Shown here piece after piece: positions 23,411 through 35,150 of a stretch of DNA of 64,000 bases. The position numbers and the translations under genes are program-made. The DNA comes from Eledone cirrhosa (lineage: Eukaryota), in contig OZ024743.1 of NCBI GenBank assembly GCA_964016885.1, positions 327,112,001 to 327,176,000 on the forward strand. Direction: 5' to 3'. Every line of letters starts with the position of its first letter. The first letter of the stretch is position 1. Under the pieces are notes generated by a model that searched no databases, had not been told where the DNA came from, and worked only from the letters and a program-made list of their open reading frames with translations.

Positions 23411-23569
23411 CCATGCAAGAATGGAAAAACATGTAAAATGATGATGATGTTATAAACTAAAAAGAAACCTAAAACAACAATATAACACCAAATAAACAAA
23501 ACAAGAAAATGGAAAATAATATGAAGCATGAAGATCTCCAAAAGTGGTCAAACTACATTATAAGCCTTA

Positions 23570-24125
23570 ATAACATTAACCATACACCTCAATCATGTTG
23601 TTGAACCTCCATCAGTTCCGACAATGAGTATTTCAGTTGATCGAACAATGGAACACTCTTATCTTCTTTGCCCACATATTCATCAGTGTCTCATAGAGAA
23701 GTGTCTACAGACACACCTTCTAGAGGGTCCTATCAGAAGGAACCATCCCCAAATGATGGATCCCCAAGCAAGACCAACAGACCTTCTGAATGTCATCCAA
23801 CCAACTTCTTCTTGGACTATCTTTAGGTCTCCTGCCAGTTGGCATTGCCCATAAAATCTGTTCAACATTTCTTTCCTTAAACATTCTAACCACATGTCCA
23901 TAATACAGGAGTTATGATCCCTTGATGAGAAGTAGAAGCTCTACCTAGAGTGACTCCCTGATCTCTGAACTACACATCCTATTGACTAGCATTACTCCAA
24001 AGACCCTTTGGAAGGACCCCATATTGGCTGCTTGTATTTGCAATTTTATTATTTTGGTCGTTACCCAAGATTCATGACTATAGGTATGTGCAGGTACGAA
24101 CACCAAATTGAAGACACTATCTTCA
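23570..24125 (-). mobile_element. Decayed RTE family C (Expander-like) 3' fragment
   Basis: Reads VFNLVFVPAHTYSHESWV and RFYG...RRSVGLAW. Same family as 50870-51600 and about 30580-30830. Confidence 0.6.
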
Positions 24126-24756
24126 ATGGAACACCCTGCTCATGAAATTAACATGCAAATGGCGGAGCATTCCACAAACATGTACCGTTAATGTAGTCCT
24201 CAGGGAGATTCGGCAAGACACACTGTGCGACATGGCTGGCCCATTTGAATTACAGATATAAGTCATTTTGCCAGCTAAGAAGACTGGAACAACATGAAAT
24301 AAAGTGTCTCGTTTGAGGACAACACACTACCAAGAACCAAACTCACAACCATCAATCATGAACCAAACAGAAAGCCAGTTGCTTTCATGCCCATCAATAC
24401 ACATACAAACAATAAGCAGACATTCCTATCCAACATTTATCTAAAATTAGTTACCTCATAGAGAAAATAGAATCTCAATGCCATTTGTATCTAGATCATG
24501 ACCTAACACATTTCCTTCAAGACACAAAGAGAAAGAAAGAAAAACTACAATCACATACTACATCCAAGATTAGAAATTAAACCACACACATATCTAGGCA
24601 TGAACATATATTTAACTAGTCCTATCACCACACGCACATATGGAAACCAGGTAGGATTAAAATATACTAAAGCTTGGGGAAATGCCACAGATACAGCATA
24701 CTTCTGACTCATTAAACATGTCTGCAATTTTTCAAGTACATTAGAAAGAAACATTC

Positions 24757-24978
24757 TTAACCCTTTTGATACCAAACTGCCCCTGGTTGTATGAGACAAC
24801 AGTTTATTCTAAAGTATTTATATTTATCTAAAAACCTTTTTATCAATTCATGTTCCAAGCTTAACAATGAGAAAGGTAGTTATATTATTAAATCTCTCCA
24901 AATTCTTAATTATTTTCAAAATTATTCAAAATTTAAAGGCAGTGTCTTTCATTAGAAATATGATAACAAAAGGATTAA
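24757..24978. mobile_element. piggyBac-type MITE family 2; copies at about 20322-20490, 32020-32130, 45860-46020, 47081-47327, 60838-61064
   Basis: TTAA-CCCTTTTG ... CAAAAGGA-TTAA: TTAA target site with short TIRs. Recurring internal sequence. Confidence 0.65.
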
Positions 24979-25389
24979 CAAGATCAGCCTTCACATTATC
25001 TCTTAGTCCTCAACACATTTCTCAATATGCAATAAGAAATGTTAAACAAATATTACTCATTATCCTAACAATAATTGACATCAGTATTGATTTTCACTAT
25101 TTCTGACTAATTATCTCATCTGCTCCCCTCATGAACCTGTAGTCCACTGGGCCTGTGCTTATTTTCAATGTATGTGTCATTAACTTTTAATACCCTGCAA
25201 TGATTTAGCAGAAAATATCTAAAACCAAGTTAATTAAAATATTTATAGTATCTTTAAGAAGAAGATGGAGGGATGTTTGGAATTGTTGTCATCAAAGAAA
25301 GGTATCTACACAAATATTCTTCATCATCCATCTATATAAGAGTGGTGGATTGGCGGTAGAATCAGTAGAGCATCGGACATGTTTTGCAG

Positions 25390-26442
25390 ACTGGAAAGGA
25401 ACGAAATATGCATGTTCCGTTGGATGTGTAATAGTAATATACGTGAACAGCAAAGCATAAATAAACTAAGTGAGAAATTAGGAATAAGAGGGATTAGATG
25501 CTGTTTACTCGAGAAAAGACTACGTTGGTATGGCCACGTGATGCGCATGAAAGACGACAGCTGCATAAAAAAGTGCAGGGCGATCAAAATTAATGGTGGT
25601 TACGGAGTAGGTAGACCCAGAAAAACCTGGGATGATCTGATAAATCCCGACCTTACACACTTGCACCTCTCTAAGACAATGTCTCTGGACCAAGATATTT
25701 GGCGCTACGCAGTAATACAGAAGACCCGCCTTGCCTATGTACAAAGCGAAACCTACAGTCAGTAGGGACCTCTTAACCAAATATACACCCCAATCCACTA
25801 CCCCTACCCTATCCTCCCACTCTTACCAACACTACCCTCACTCTGTAAAGTTGGTACCACAACATCCAGTCCAAATAAATGAGATAATAAGATCAAGATC
25901 AAGTTTAGAGAGCTACATGGTAGTGAAACATGGGCTGTGACAGCAGAGGACATGTGTAGGCTGGAGAGAGCATAATAGCTAGAATAAGGACAGGATTGAA
26001 GAAGTTTATAGAGCTACATGGTAGTGAAACATGGGCTGTGACTGCAGAAGACATGTGTAGGCTGGGGAGAGTATTGTAGCTAGACTTACAATAGGATGGA
26101 AGAAGTTTAGAGAGCTACATGGTAGTGAAACATGGGCTGTGACTGCAAAGGACATATGTAGTCTGGAGAGAATATTGAGATCGAGATTGTGTAGGTGTCA
26201 CGACAAAAAACAAAAAAACAGTCCATGCTGTAATGTGGCCGTGTAGGTAACACGGTAAAAAGTTCCCAGTTGCACACTGTCAATGTGGTTGGTGTTAGGA
26301 AGGGCATCCAGCCGTAGAAAACCTGCCAGATAGTCCATATACGAGCGAGACACGGTCACCCGACCAATCTTGCCTCAAGTGAGAAACTCCCGTCTAACCC
26401 ATGCTAGCGTGGAAGATAGACGTTAAACGTTGATGATGATGA
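25390..26442 (+). mobile_element. 5'-truncated RTE family A copy with a tandem array inserted in its 3' UTR
   Basis: ORF 25379-25765. 3' UTR matches 7650-8077 except for the insert at 25901-26177. Confidence 0.88.
25901..26177 (+). repeat. About 2.7 tandem units of 101 bp made of RTE ORF pieces
   Basis: AAGTTT(A/T).AGAGCTACATGGTAGTGAAACATGGGCTGTGAC recurs at 25901, 26002 and 26103. Confidence 0.88.
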
Positions 26443-28359
26443 TTACTAGTAGACAGTTGTGAACATTTTCAGTATTAAAACAAAGACAAATTTTGATGTG
26501 ATATAGTCAAAGTACTGTTTTGTATTTTTCAAGAATGTTTTGCTAATATAGTTTCATGTGGTACACAGCATTAATAGTTAGATATGTGATAGATAAAATC
26601 GTCCCTAAGAAAAGACACACCTAACTAGAGCAAGAGATAACTGAACTATGTTATACAAGCCAATGAACCATTCAGCAATTTTAATGCTGTTTACAGTTTT
26701 CAGTGATGGAATGGCCTCAGGTAAAAGAACGACTTACCGTAAGCAAACTGAGGGGAAAACTTGGCATAAGAGAAGACTGTGTTGGTATGGACATGTGACG
26801 TTCATGGATGCATAAAGAAATGAAGAGAAATCCAAGTGGCTGGGTCCCATGGAAGAGGTAGTGTTAGGTAGACATAGGATGAGGTTGTGAAGATCAACAA
26901 TTAAAAAAACTAAACCTCACAACTGAAATGACAAGGTACCATGAGAGCTGGTGCTATGCTGTGTGCCCTGACTTATCTTAGTGCCCTCCACCTATTCCAC
27001 TAGCACTCCCTAACAGTTATTCTCATTATCACCACACATACCCCCAGCACTCACTCCTTAGCTACCGCTTCCTCAAAAGCCTCTAGACTCCTTCACTATC
27101 GCACTCTGGTAGCCATTCTCCTCACTTTTATGCACCCCACTAGCACTCCCTAGCAGTTTCCCTCACCATCACTACACACCCCATCCCCACCGATGCCCCT
27201 CTTGTATCCATCCCTTAGCTTCTGTTTTACCCCCACCTCATAAATCCCTTCAATACGATCACTAAACCCCTCGTTTCCAGCCAGCACAGTGTTCTCATCT
27301 CTCTAAAAATAGGAGAACCCTTTAGTTGTGCCACAGTATGGCAACCTCTCTAGTGTTGGTGGTCTACACAAGATATGAACCCAGTACATGCTGTAAAGTG
27401 GTTGGTGACAGAAGGGACTTTCAGCCGGAGAAAGCTTGCCAAGCAAAGGATTGGGAGGACTCTTCAGCAATGTCAAGGATATGACAGCCTCACTTGTGTT
27501 GGTAATCAACACAAAAAACGTACTTTGTAAAGTGGTTAGTGATAAGAATGGCATCCAGCCATAGAAGGCTTGCTAAACAAGGGTTGGGAAGATTCTTCAG
27601 TTGTGTCAAAAACATAACCCCTCCTGTGCATTCAGTAGAACGTGAAACTATACATAAGCAAGATGCAGATCCCTGGCCTGTAGGTCAGTAGCCCTGCTTT
27701 AGTACTGTAGATCCATCCAACTCTTGATAGTAGGAAAGAAGACATTAAAACGATGATGTATATATACATATGTGTGTGTGTATGTATACACACACACACA
27801 CACACACATCATTGAAAATATGAGATGGCCAGATTCCAATAACTTCCTTTATTGTTGCATAATTACATTATACGTATTTCTATGGCTGATTTACATCACC
27901 AGACCATGGTGCAAAACATTTAGTGTATCATATGGGGGTGATACTGTGGTGGTGATACAATGGCTGGCCAGGCTGCCTCTGTATCGATAATTGTTTGTAT
28001 GTATTTTGCTGTGACCCAGTAAGGATTACTTAAGTAAATCTTTTATGTTCCTGCCATCTGATGATGTTGCCAATTGTTTTGCATCACAGTTCGATGATGT
28101 AAACTGGCTACAGATATATGTATTAGGTAATTATGCAACAATAGAGAAAGTTGTTGGAATCCGGCCTTCTCGTATTTTCATTGACTTATTTAACTCTGTT
28201 CCTGTACCAACCACATCTGTACATCTATGATGGAAGATACACATAACATCAAGTGCTTTTGCTTATTACAGCACGGTCTGCTGATAGAAATGATTGGATC
28301 ACAAACCCAGCCACTTATTAAACCATACAATGTCAATGAAATATGTGCGCGTACACAGA

Positions 28360-29700
28360 GAGTAGGAGAGTAAATTTAACCAAAACTAAAGTGCTAGTGA
28401 GTAGGAAAGACGATGAGACCCTGATCCCTTCAGGGAAGTGGCCCTGTTCCATATGAGGAAAAGGAATAGGCCTAAACTCCATACAGTGTACACAATGTAA
28501 ATCTTGGGTATACAAGTGATGTAGTGGGATAACAGGTAAATAGGAAAGGAAGACTTTGTATGTAGAAGATGCATAGGGGTAACCAAGAGGAAGAGTGTCA
28601 GTAATATAAACCCCTTCAAGTCAATGGTAGGGTCCATAGAAGTGGTCAAAAACAAAGGAGACACAAAATAACAAAAGTAGTCACTGAGGAGGTCACAGAA
28701 TGTGTGATGAAAGAGCTTCGATGACAATCAACAATTAAACAACCAAATGGTTATTAAACTAACTAACTGGGAAATTATAATAATAAATTGAAGTGAAATC
28801 CAACAGCTTCATATGCAACTGAGGCTAATCAGCCCACCTACACAGATGAAAAAAACTATATATTTTCGCCTGTTTCAAGTTCCAGCAGAGAGTAGGAACT
28901 GGAGTCACACATCCAACAAAACATTGTTGCTTCATTTCTCTCCTGTCTACACATGTCCTCTAGGTCATAACCTATGTTTTACTACCAAGCAGTATCGCGC
29001 ACTGCACACAAGTATCATACAGCCTTCTTTTTGTATGCAGGGAGAAACCTTTTGTTGTCAGCAGTGGGAGCAATTCTCTAAACTTCTTCCATCCTATCCT
29101 TATTCTAACTATTATACTCTCGGCACACCCTCCTCTGCTGCTAATTAGGTCAACTAGACAGCAGAAGCTATCAACCACGTCTGTGGATCTTCTGTGACTG
29201 GAAAAGGTTATATCATTAGCAGTCGTCCTCTCAATTTCTCCTGTGCATCTTCTACAAGCAAAGTTCTTCCTTCCTGTTAGTCTACTTGTTATTCCACTAC
29301 ATTTTCGCGTACCCAAGATTTACATTGTACACACTGTATGGAGTGTATGACTACTCATTTTCTGCATATTGAGCAGGGCCACTTCCCTGATGGAATCTGG
29401 GTCCTCTCTTCTCTCCTACTCACAAGCACTTTAGTTTTGGCTAAGTTTACTCTCAGGCCTTTTGATTCCAAATTCAATTTCCATAAACCAAATTTATTTT
29501 CTGGCTCTTTTTTGGTTTCAGCTATAAGGACCAAATCATCTGCATAGAGAAGCTCCCATGGGCAGCCCATTTTAAACTCTTCTGTTATAGCCTGAAGAAC
29601 TATGATGAACAGCAGTGGTTTAAGAACTGAACCTTGATGAACTCCTACCTGTACCTTGAATTCCTTGCTAAACTCATTTCCTACTCTCACTTTATGTAAC
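28360..29700. mobile_element. Two old RTE family A RT fragments (28360-28650 on +, 28930-29700 on -)
   Basis: [37 protein letters not shown]. Confidence 0.8.
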
Positions 29701-32700
29701 ATAGTGGCCTTGTAATTAGGGTGTTGATAATTCAAAAAGGTCACTTGCTGTGCTCTTGAGCAAAGCACCTTATTTCATATTGTTGCAGTCCACGCAACTG
29801 AAAATGAATACCAGCAAGTAGCTGGGTGTTTCAAGAAAGCTAAAGGGCTCATAATGGAATGCTTCAGCTAAGGCATTTTGTGATGTAGATGAAATATCTC
29901 CCTTAGATAGGCTGCTATAAATACACAATAATGGAATTCAAGACCAATGTGTGGGCAATCTAAGAAATTCTTTTGTTTCTTACACAATTTGATAGTACCA
30001 CAATACAAACACATTGACAGTGTCATTTCTTCGCTTTCTTTAATTGGCTCTTTCACGAACAATATAAACACAGTTGGTTCTTTCAAATATACAGTTAATT
30101 TGGTGAAAAGTAACAGCCTAAAACACCATTCCACGTTCATAACAAAGCACAATCATATGATACCTAATTAGTTCAATCATGAGTATAAACAGTTTTCAGA
30201 CTTCACTAAAAATAATAAGACCATTGCCTCTCAACATATTTTCTCATTCATTACATTACTGAGTGAACTTAGTACGGTTGAATGGTTAAGACGTTTGTTT
30301 TGCAATCATTAGGCCCTGAGTTCAATCCCACCTTGGGCATATGTCATTCACCATAACCTGGGGTCAATCTATGACTTGTAAGTGAAATTGGGAGGACAGA
30401 AACTGTTTAGAATGCTTGTTCGACTGTCTGTTCTTGCAATTCAAAGACCATCCAGAGATTTGTGTTATGGGTACACTACACATTAATTTCATGAACAGAC
30501 TGTTCTATTAATCAAAGAACTTAAACTCTCATTATCCATTACAGAAAGGATGAGCATACTGGATAATTTGATTTAGCTGGTTAGTCTCCACAGGTTTTTT
30601 GAGTGGCGTTACTTGATAGAGGGCATAGCTTGAGGATCAGGGAGTTGTTCCAGGTAGAGCTACTACTTCTCCGAATTGAAAAATCAGTTCTGATACTACA
30701 GGCATGTGCTTAAAATGTCTAAGGAAAGAATCAGTAGACTCCGAGTAAGATGTTTGAATAACATTCATGAACTCAGCTAGTGTAGCTTGGGGATCCAGCC
30801 AAATCAATTGGAGACAGTTGTTTCTGACAGACCTGCTGGAATGCATGCTTGAGCAATCTGCTCCATGACCCTCCCAAAAATAAGTGGGCATCATCACTGT
30901 TTAATGTCCATTTTCCATGCTTGCATGGGTTAGACGGATCATCCATGTATGAGACAAGATTGGCCCCGTTGTACCTTGCTCAGATGGAATTGTAAATTTG
31001 GCCAGGATTTTTACAGCTGGATACCCTTCCTAACACTAACCACATTTACAGTATGGAACTAGATGGCACCATTACGAGGAGGGACAGGCCAGTTGGCTAC
31101 TCCATACCCTGCTCACAGCAGAACCAGTTGTGAACTGCAACCACATTTATATATATATATATACATACATATAATGTAGAGTGATCGTAAAGGAGACACA
31201 GCAAAAAGCACCCAGCACACACTGTAAATGTGGTTGGCGTTAGGAAGGGCATCCAGCTGTAGAAAACCAGCCAGAAAATGTCCTATGAGTGAGACACGGT
31301 CACCCGACCCAACTTGCCTCTAAATGGGACAAACCCGTCTAACCCGTGCTAGCATGGAAGATGGACGTTAAACGATAATGATGATGATGATTAGATTACT
31401 CTATATTTACAATTATATTTTCATGGTAAAGGCTTTACCCCACATAATATCGAATCTATGAGATTTTGATATTTATTTTGAGAACAATACCTTATCATCA
31501 GTATGAGTGGCCAGTTACAGTCGGTTTGAACAGAAAGAGGTTAGAGAATATTGGCCGGTTTAAATTAACAGGTACACACGGGTGTGAATGTGACCAGAAA
31601 GTCTACAATCACTCCTTCCCTCTCAACCAACACAACCACTAACCTGTCGAGCCTTATAACATGGCTCCGGCTAACTCATGCAAGCATGGAAAATAAGCAA
31701 ACGATGATGATAACTGGGTGTATTTATTGTGTAGATCACCAATACTTGAAAGGCTGTCATGCTGTTGACATAACTGAACAGTCCTCTCCATCCTTTTGGG
31801 GGATGGTTTCTACAACAGGATGCCCTTCCCAGGACGTAGTGAGTGCATTTTTCTTTGCACCGGCACTACAGAGGTGATTGATTATTGACGAGGATGAAGG
31901 GGGAAGAAAAGGATGATAAGTATGATGGGATTTGAGAGGCAGGATGATGGGTAAGAGGAGAGGAGTGAATACCGATAGCGGGGGGTGGGGCTGTACTGTG
32001 ATATAATAACACCTACAACTTAACAATGAGAAAGTTAATTATATTACTAAATCTCTCAGAATTCTTGGTTATTTTCAAAATTATTTGAAAATCCTAGTTA
32101 GTGTCTTTCATTAGGGCAATGAAAAGGTTCATTCGCCTAGATTGTGGAAGGGTAAAAATAAAGCGCAAACTATGTTATAACCTTAAGTCAGCAATGCTGC
32201 GAATGTGTTGACTGAAAAAATGATTTAGAGGGAAACTTCAGTGCTCCTTGTTGTGCGTTGTGATTGAGTGTGCGTGTCTTCTTTTTTTTAATATATATAT
32301 AGTGTTTATTTATATACATCCATACATATTACATCGAGGACTACATTATATAATATAATGGATGGCTTTTCACTAAATTATGATCTGAATAAGATCTGAC
32401 TTTGAGTCAGAAGTAAAGGTATTCAGCAATCTGATGTTTAATATCATTCTACACGGAGAGAGGAGTGGGAGAGAGAGATGTACAAGATTTTAAGACTTAT
32501 GGGAACATATTTCGAATTCCTAAATGTTGTTTAGCTAACTTAGTGGTGGGTGGATGTTGATGCCTAAAGCAAAGGTAGCTAGTTGTTTGACCTACACGCT
32601 TTTCCACACAAATTCATACCACACATATTTTTTTTATTGCTCAATCACAATATTTTCACAATGTAGTCTGATTAGCATATCTGAGATTAGTGTTTAATAA

Positions 32701-33009
32701 TCTTTCGATTTCTGATGTGACGTAAGCATCGACTGTTTCTTCTTCCGAAGACAGCTGTTGTTGCAATGAGATCCCAATCAAAAAACTAACCGGAAGTATG
32801 AGCTGGCAACCACTTCCGACAACTTAACTGTCCAGTAGCATAAAGGGGGAGTTTCTATCTATGATTTTACAGATAATTCTCTATCAGTGATAGTTTAATG
32901 GTTTACTTATTAATTTGGCGTCGTATACACAATGAAAAACTAGATGTGAATTCAACTAAAGTACATATAAATCGAATCATGATGCACATGTCGATATACA
33001 TATGTATAT

Positions 33010-33053
<44 letters not shown>

Positions 33054-33909
33054 CTAGCCAATTTCTATTTGGCGTCAAGAGTAAATTGTAACCGGCAGAA
33101 AAGAAAAAAACTTGATGCTTGTTTACCAAAAAGAATACAGTATACTTCTCATTAAACCATTTATTTAACCCGTGTAGTTATGTAAATCGTTATATTATGT
33201 AAATCGTTTCTTTTTCTTTTCTTTACAAGCAATACATTTCCGCTAGACACAATTTATACAAAATATTTGTCAGTCTATTGAACGAACAAATTCTGAAATG
33301 ACCATGATGTTAAAACATCCATGCAGAAATATTTCAACAGTTATTACTTATATTATAGGGCTAAATCTAAGATAACTGTTTTGAGAAGAAAAATGAATCG
33401 TGATAAAGTGAATTTAAAGAGGTGTGGCGAATACAAATAGAATAATTATAATGTTAGTTGCTTTTAACTCGAGTACATGGGGTACGTGGTGATTACGATA
33501 GTACGAGATAACAATTTAGTTGACGTTTGGGACACTTAGAGTAATACATTATGTGACAAACAAGCTTATTGATACAGATAAACAGTAATTAAGTTTTAGC
33601 TAGAAAATTTTGGCTTCTGTTTACTACTACGTTTTATAATTTAGATTTCCGAAATGAAGAAATAAGAAATGTTGATATGATAAATAATAATAATAATAAA
33701 ATGTACGTTCTAGATGACATAATGAGTCAATAACCATAACTAAGTCAATGATTCTGTTTTGTATTTCCTGAAAAGAAGAATCTATATATGTAGACAGCAT
33801 ATGAAGAACTATTTTGAATGGGAAATGAAAATAGAAAGCTGTAGTAATGTATGGTGTACATACATATTTGTGTATGTGTGTGTACATATATATATATATT
33901 TCTACTTAC

Positions 33910-34073
33910 AGAATACCACTACATGACGTGCAAACATAAGAGCCAATAGTCATATTCACATAGGTTGGTCCACGTTGGTGACAGTCAAAGCACTGTTTAT
34001 TTTGAGACAGTGCTACCATATCACGTAACATTTTAAGGTGTTTTTCATCTTGACGTCTCTTGTTAGTCGCCAT
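33910..34073 (-). CDS. AGFG1: Coding exon 1 of ArfGAP domain and FG repeat-containing protein 1 (HRB/drongo ortholog)
   Basis: Manual translation MATNKRRQDEKHLKMLRDMVALSQNKQCFDCHQRGPTYVNMTIGSYVCTSCSGI(L) matches the AGFG1 N-terminus (EKHLKMLRDM, CFDCxQRGPTYVNMTxGSxVCTSCSG; ArfGAP CxxC-x16-CxxC finger). ATG lies in CAAGATGGCG. The exon ends at a canonical donor CT|GTAAGT (phase 2; 33904-33909). Confidence 0.95.
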
Positions 34074-34172
34074 CTTGCTAAGCGAGAAACTAAAACAGCG
34101 TTCCGTATGTCTACAAGTGTATCCAAGGGAGGTAAAACTAACATGAAAGGCACAGCCAGCAGGGGGCGATAG
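34068..34172 (-). promoter_or_regulatory. AGFG1 promoter/5' region with YY1-like and CTCF-like motifs
   Basis: CAAGATGGCG (YY1 consensus) overlaps the start codon. CAGCCAGCAGGGGGCGATAG (34153-34172, + strand) resembles the CTCF core. Local CpG retention is visible against an AT-rich background. Confidence 0.5.
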
Positions 34173-34609
34173 TGGCAGTTTTCATTCTTAAATCGTGTTT
34201 GTTGTAAAAAGTTTCGAAACAACTTCAACAATTGTGTCATGTCAAGATAAATCTTATCACACCCATTGATTCCGTACAAGCTATAGAAAATATATTAACT
34301 ATTTGTTAGTTCATTCTTAATTATTGATTGTCAGTGATGTACTCTAAATTTGTGGGGGTTTTTAATTAATAAGCAAATTTTGTAGTCGGCTTTTTTTTTC
34401 AGTAAGAATGACTTTTCTGATGGTTGTTTATATATATATATATATACATAATATATACATATGTATAATAAAATAAATATGGTTTTATAAATATAGTTTC
34501 CATTTATTTATATATTGGGTATTTACTCCACTAAAATGTTGAGTGCTTTATACCAGTTATAAAAATTGTTAAGCTTGTTGAATCCCAACAAATTAAATAT
34601 AACCTCTGC

Positions 34610-34643
<34 letters not shown>

Positions 34644-34658
34644 TATGCAGAGGTTATA

Positions 34659-34696
<38 letters not shown>

Positions 34697-35150
34697 AAGT
34701 TATATTTAAAATTGTTGGGTTACAACTAGTAAATATTTATAACTGATATAAAAGCACTCGACAAATACTTGGAGTATATTTACAATATTAAATAAATGGA
34801 AAACTATATTTATAAAACCATATTTATTTCATTATATGGTTTTATAAATATAGTTTTCCATTTATTTAATATTGTATATATATATATATATATATATACT
34901 CGCAGGAACCGTTTTATAATTGTTTCCTATTTTCATTTTAATATTTAAATTCACCATTCTTCATAACTTTATTTTAATTATGTTAACGATTTCGATTGTG
35001 GTTAGATTTCGTTCCATAGGTTGTTAAAAGTGTAATATTCAAACTTGTTTCATTTTATTAAATATTTAGATTATGTCTTCGATTTCGTTCCATAGTTAAA
35101 GTTGTTTGAAAACGCAATACTTGAACACATGGCGAGCAGAATAATATAAT

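Noticed and set aside
24448-24500. Possible AGFG1 exon 2 end (minus-strand ATGAG|GTAA)
   Set aside because: The upstream sequence does not encode RGLNPPHRVKSISM or GNE.
32878-32893. TCTCTATCAGTGATAG resembling the tet operator
   Set aside because: Partial single match in native AT-rich DNA with no vector context; chance.
34013-34279. 88-aa minus-strand ORF over the AGFG1 start
   Set aside because: Different frame from the conserved ArfGAP exon; no recognisable protein.
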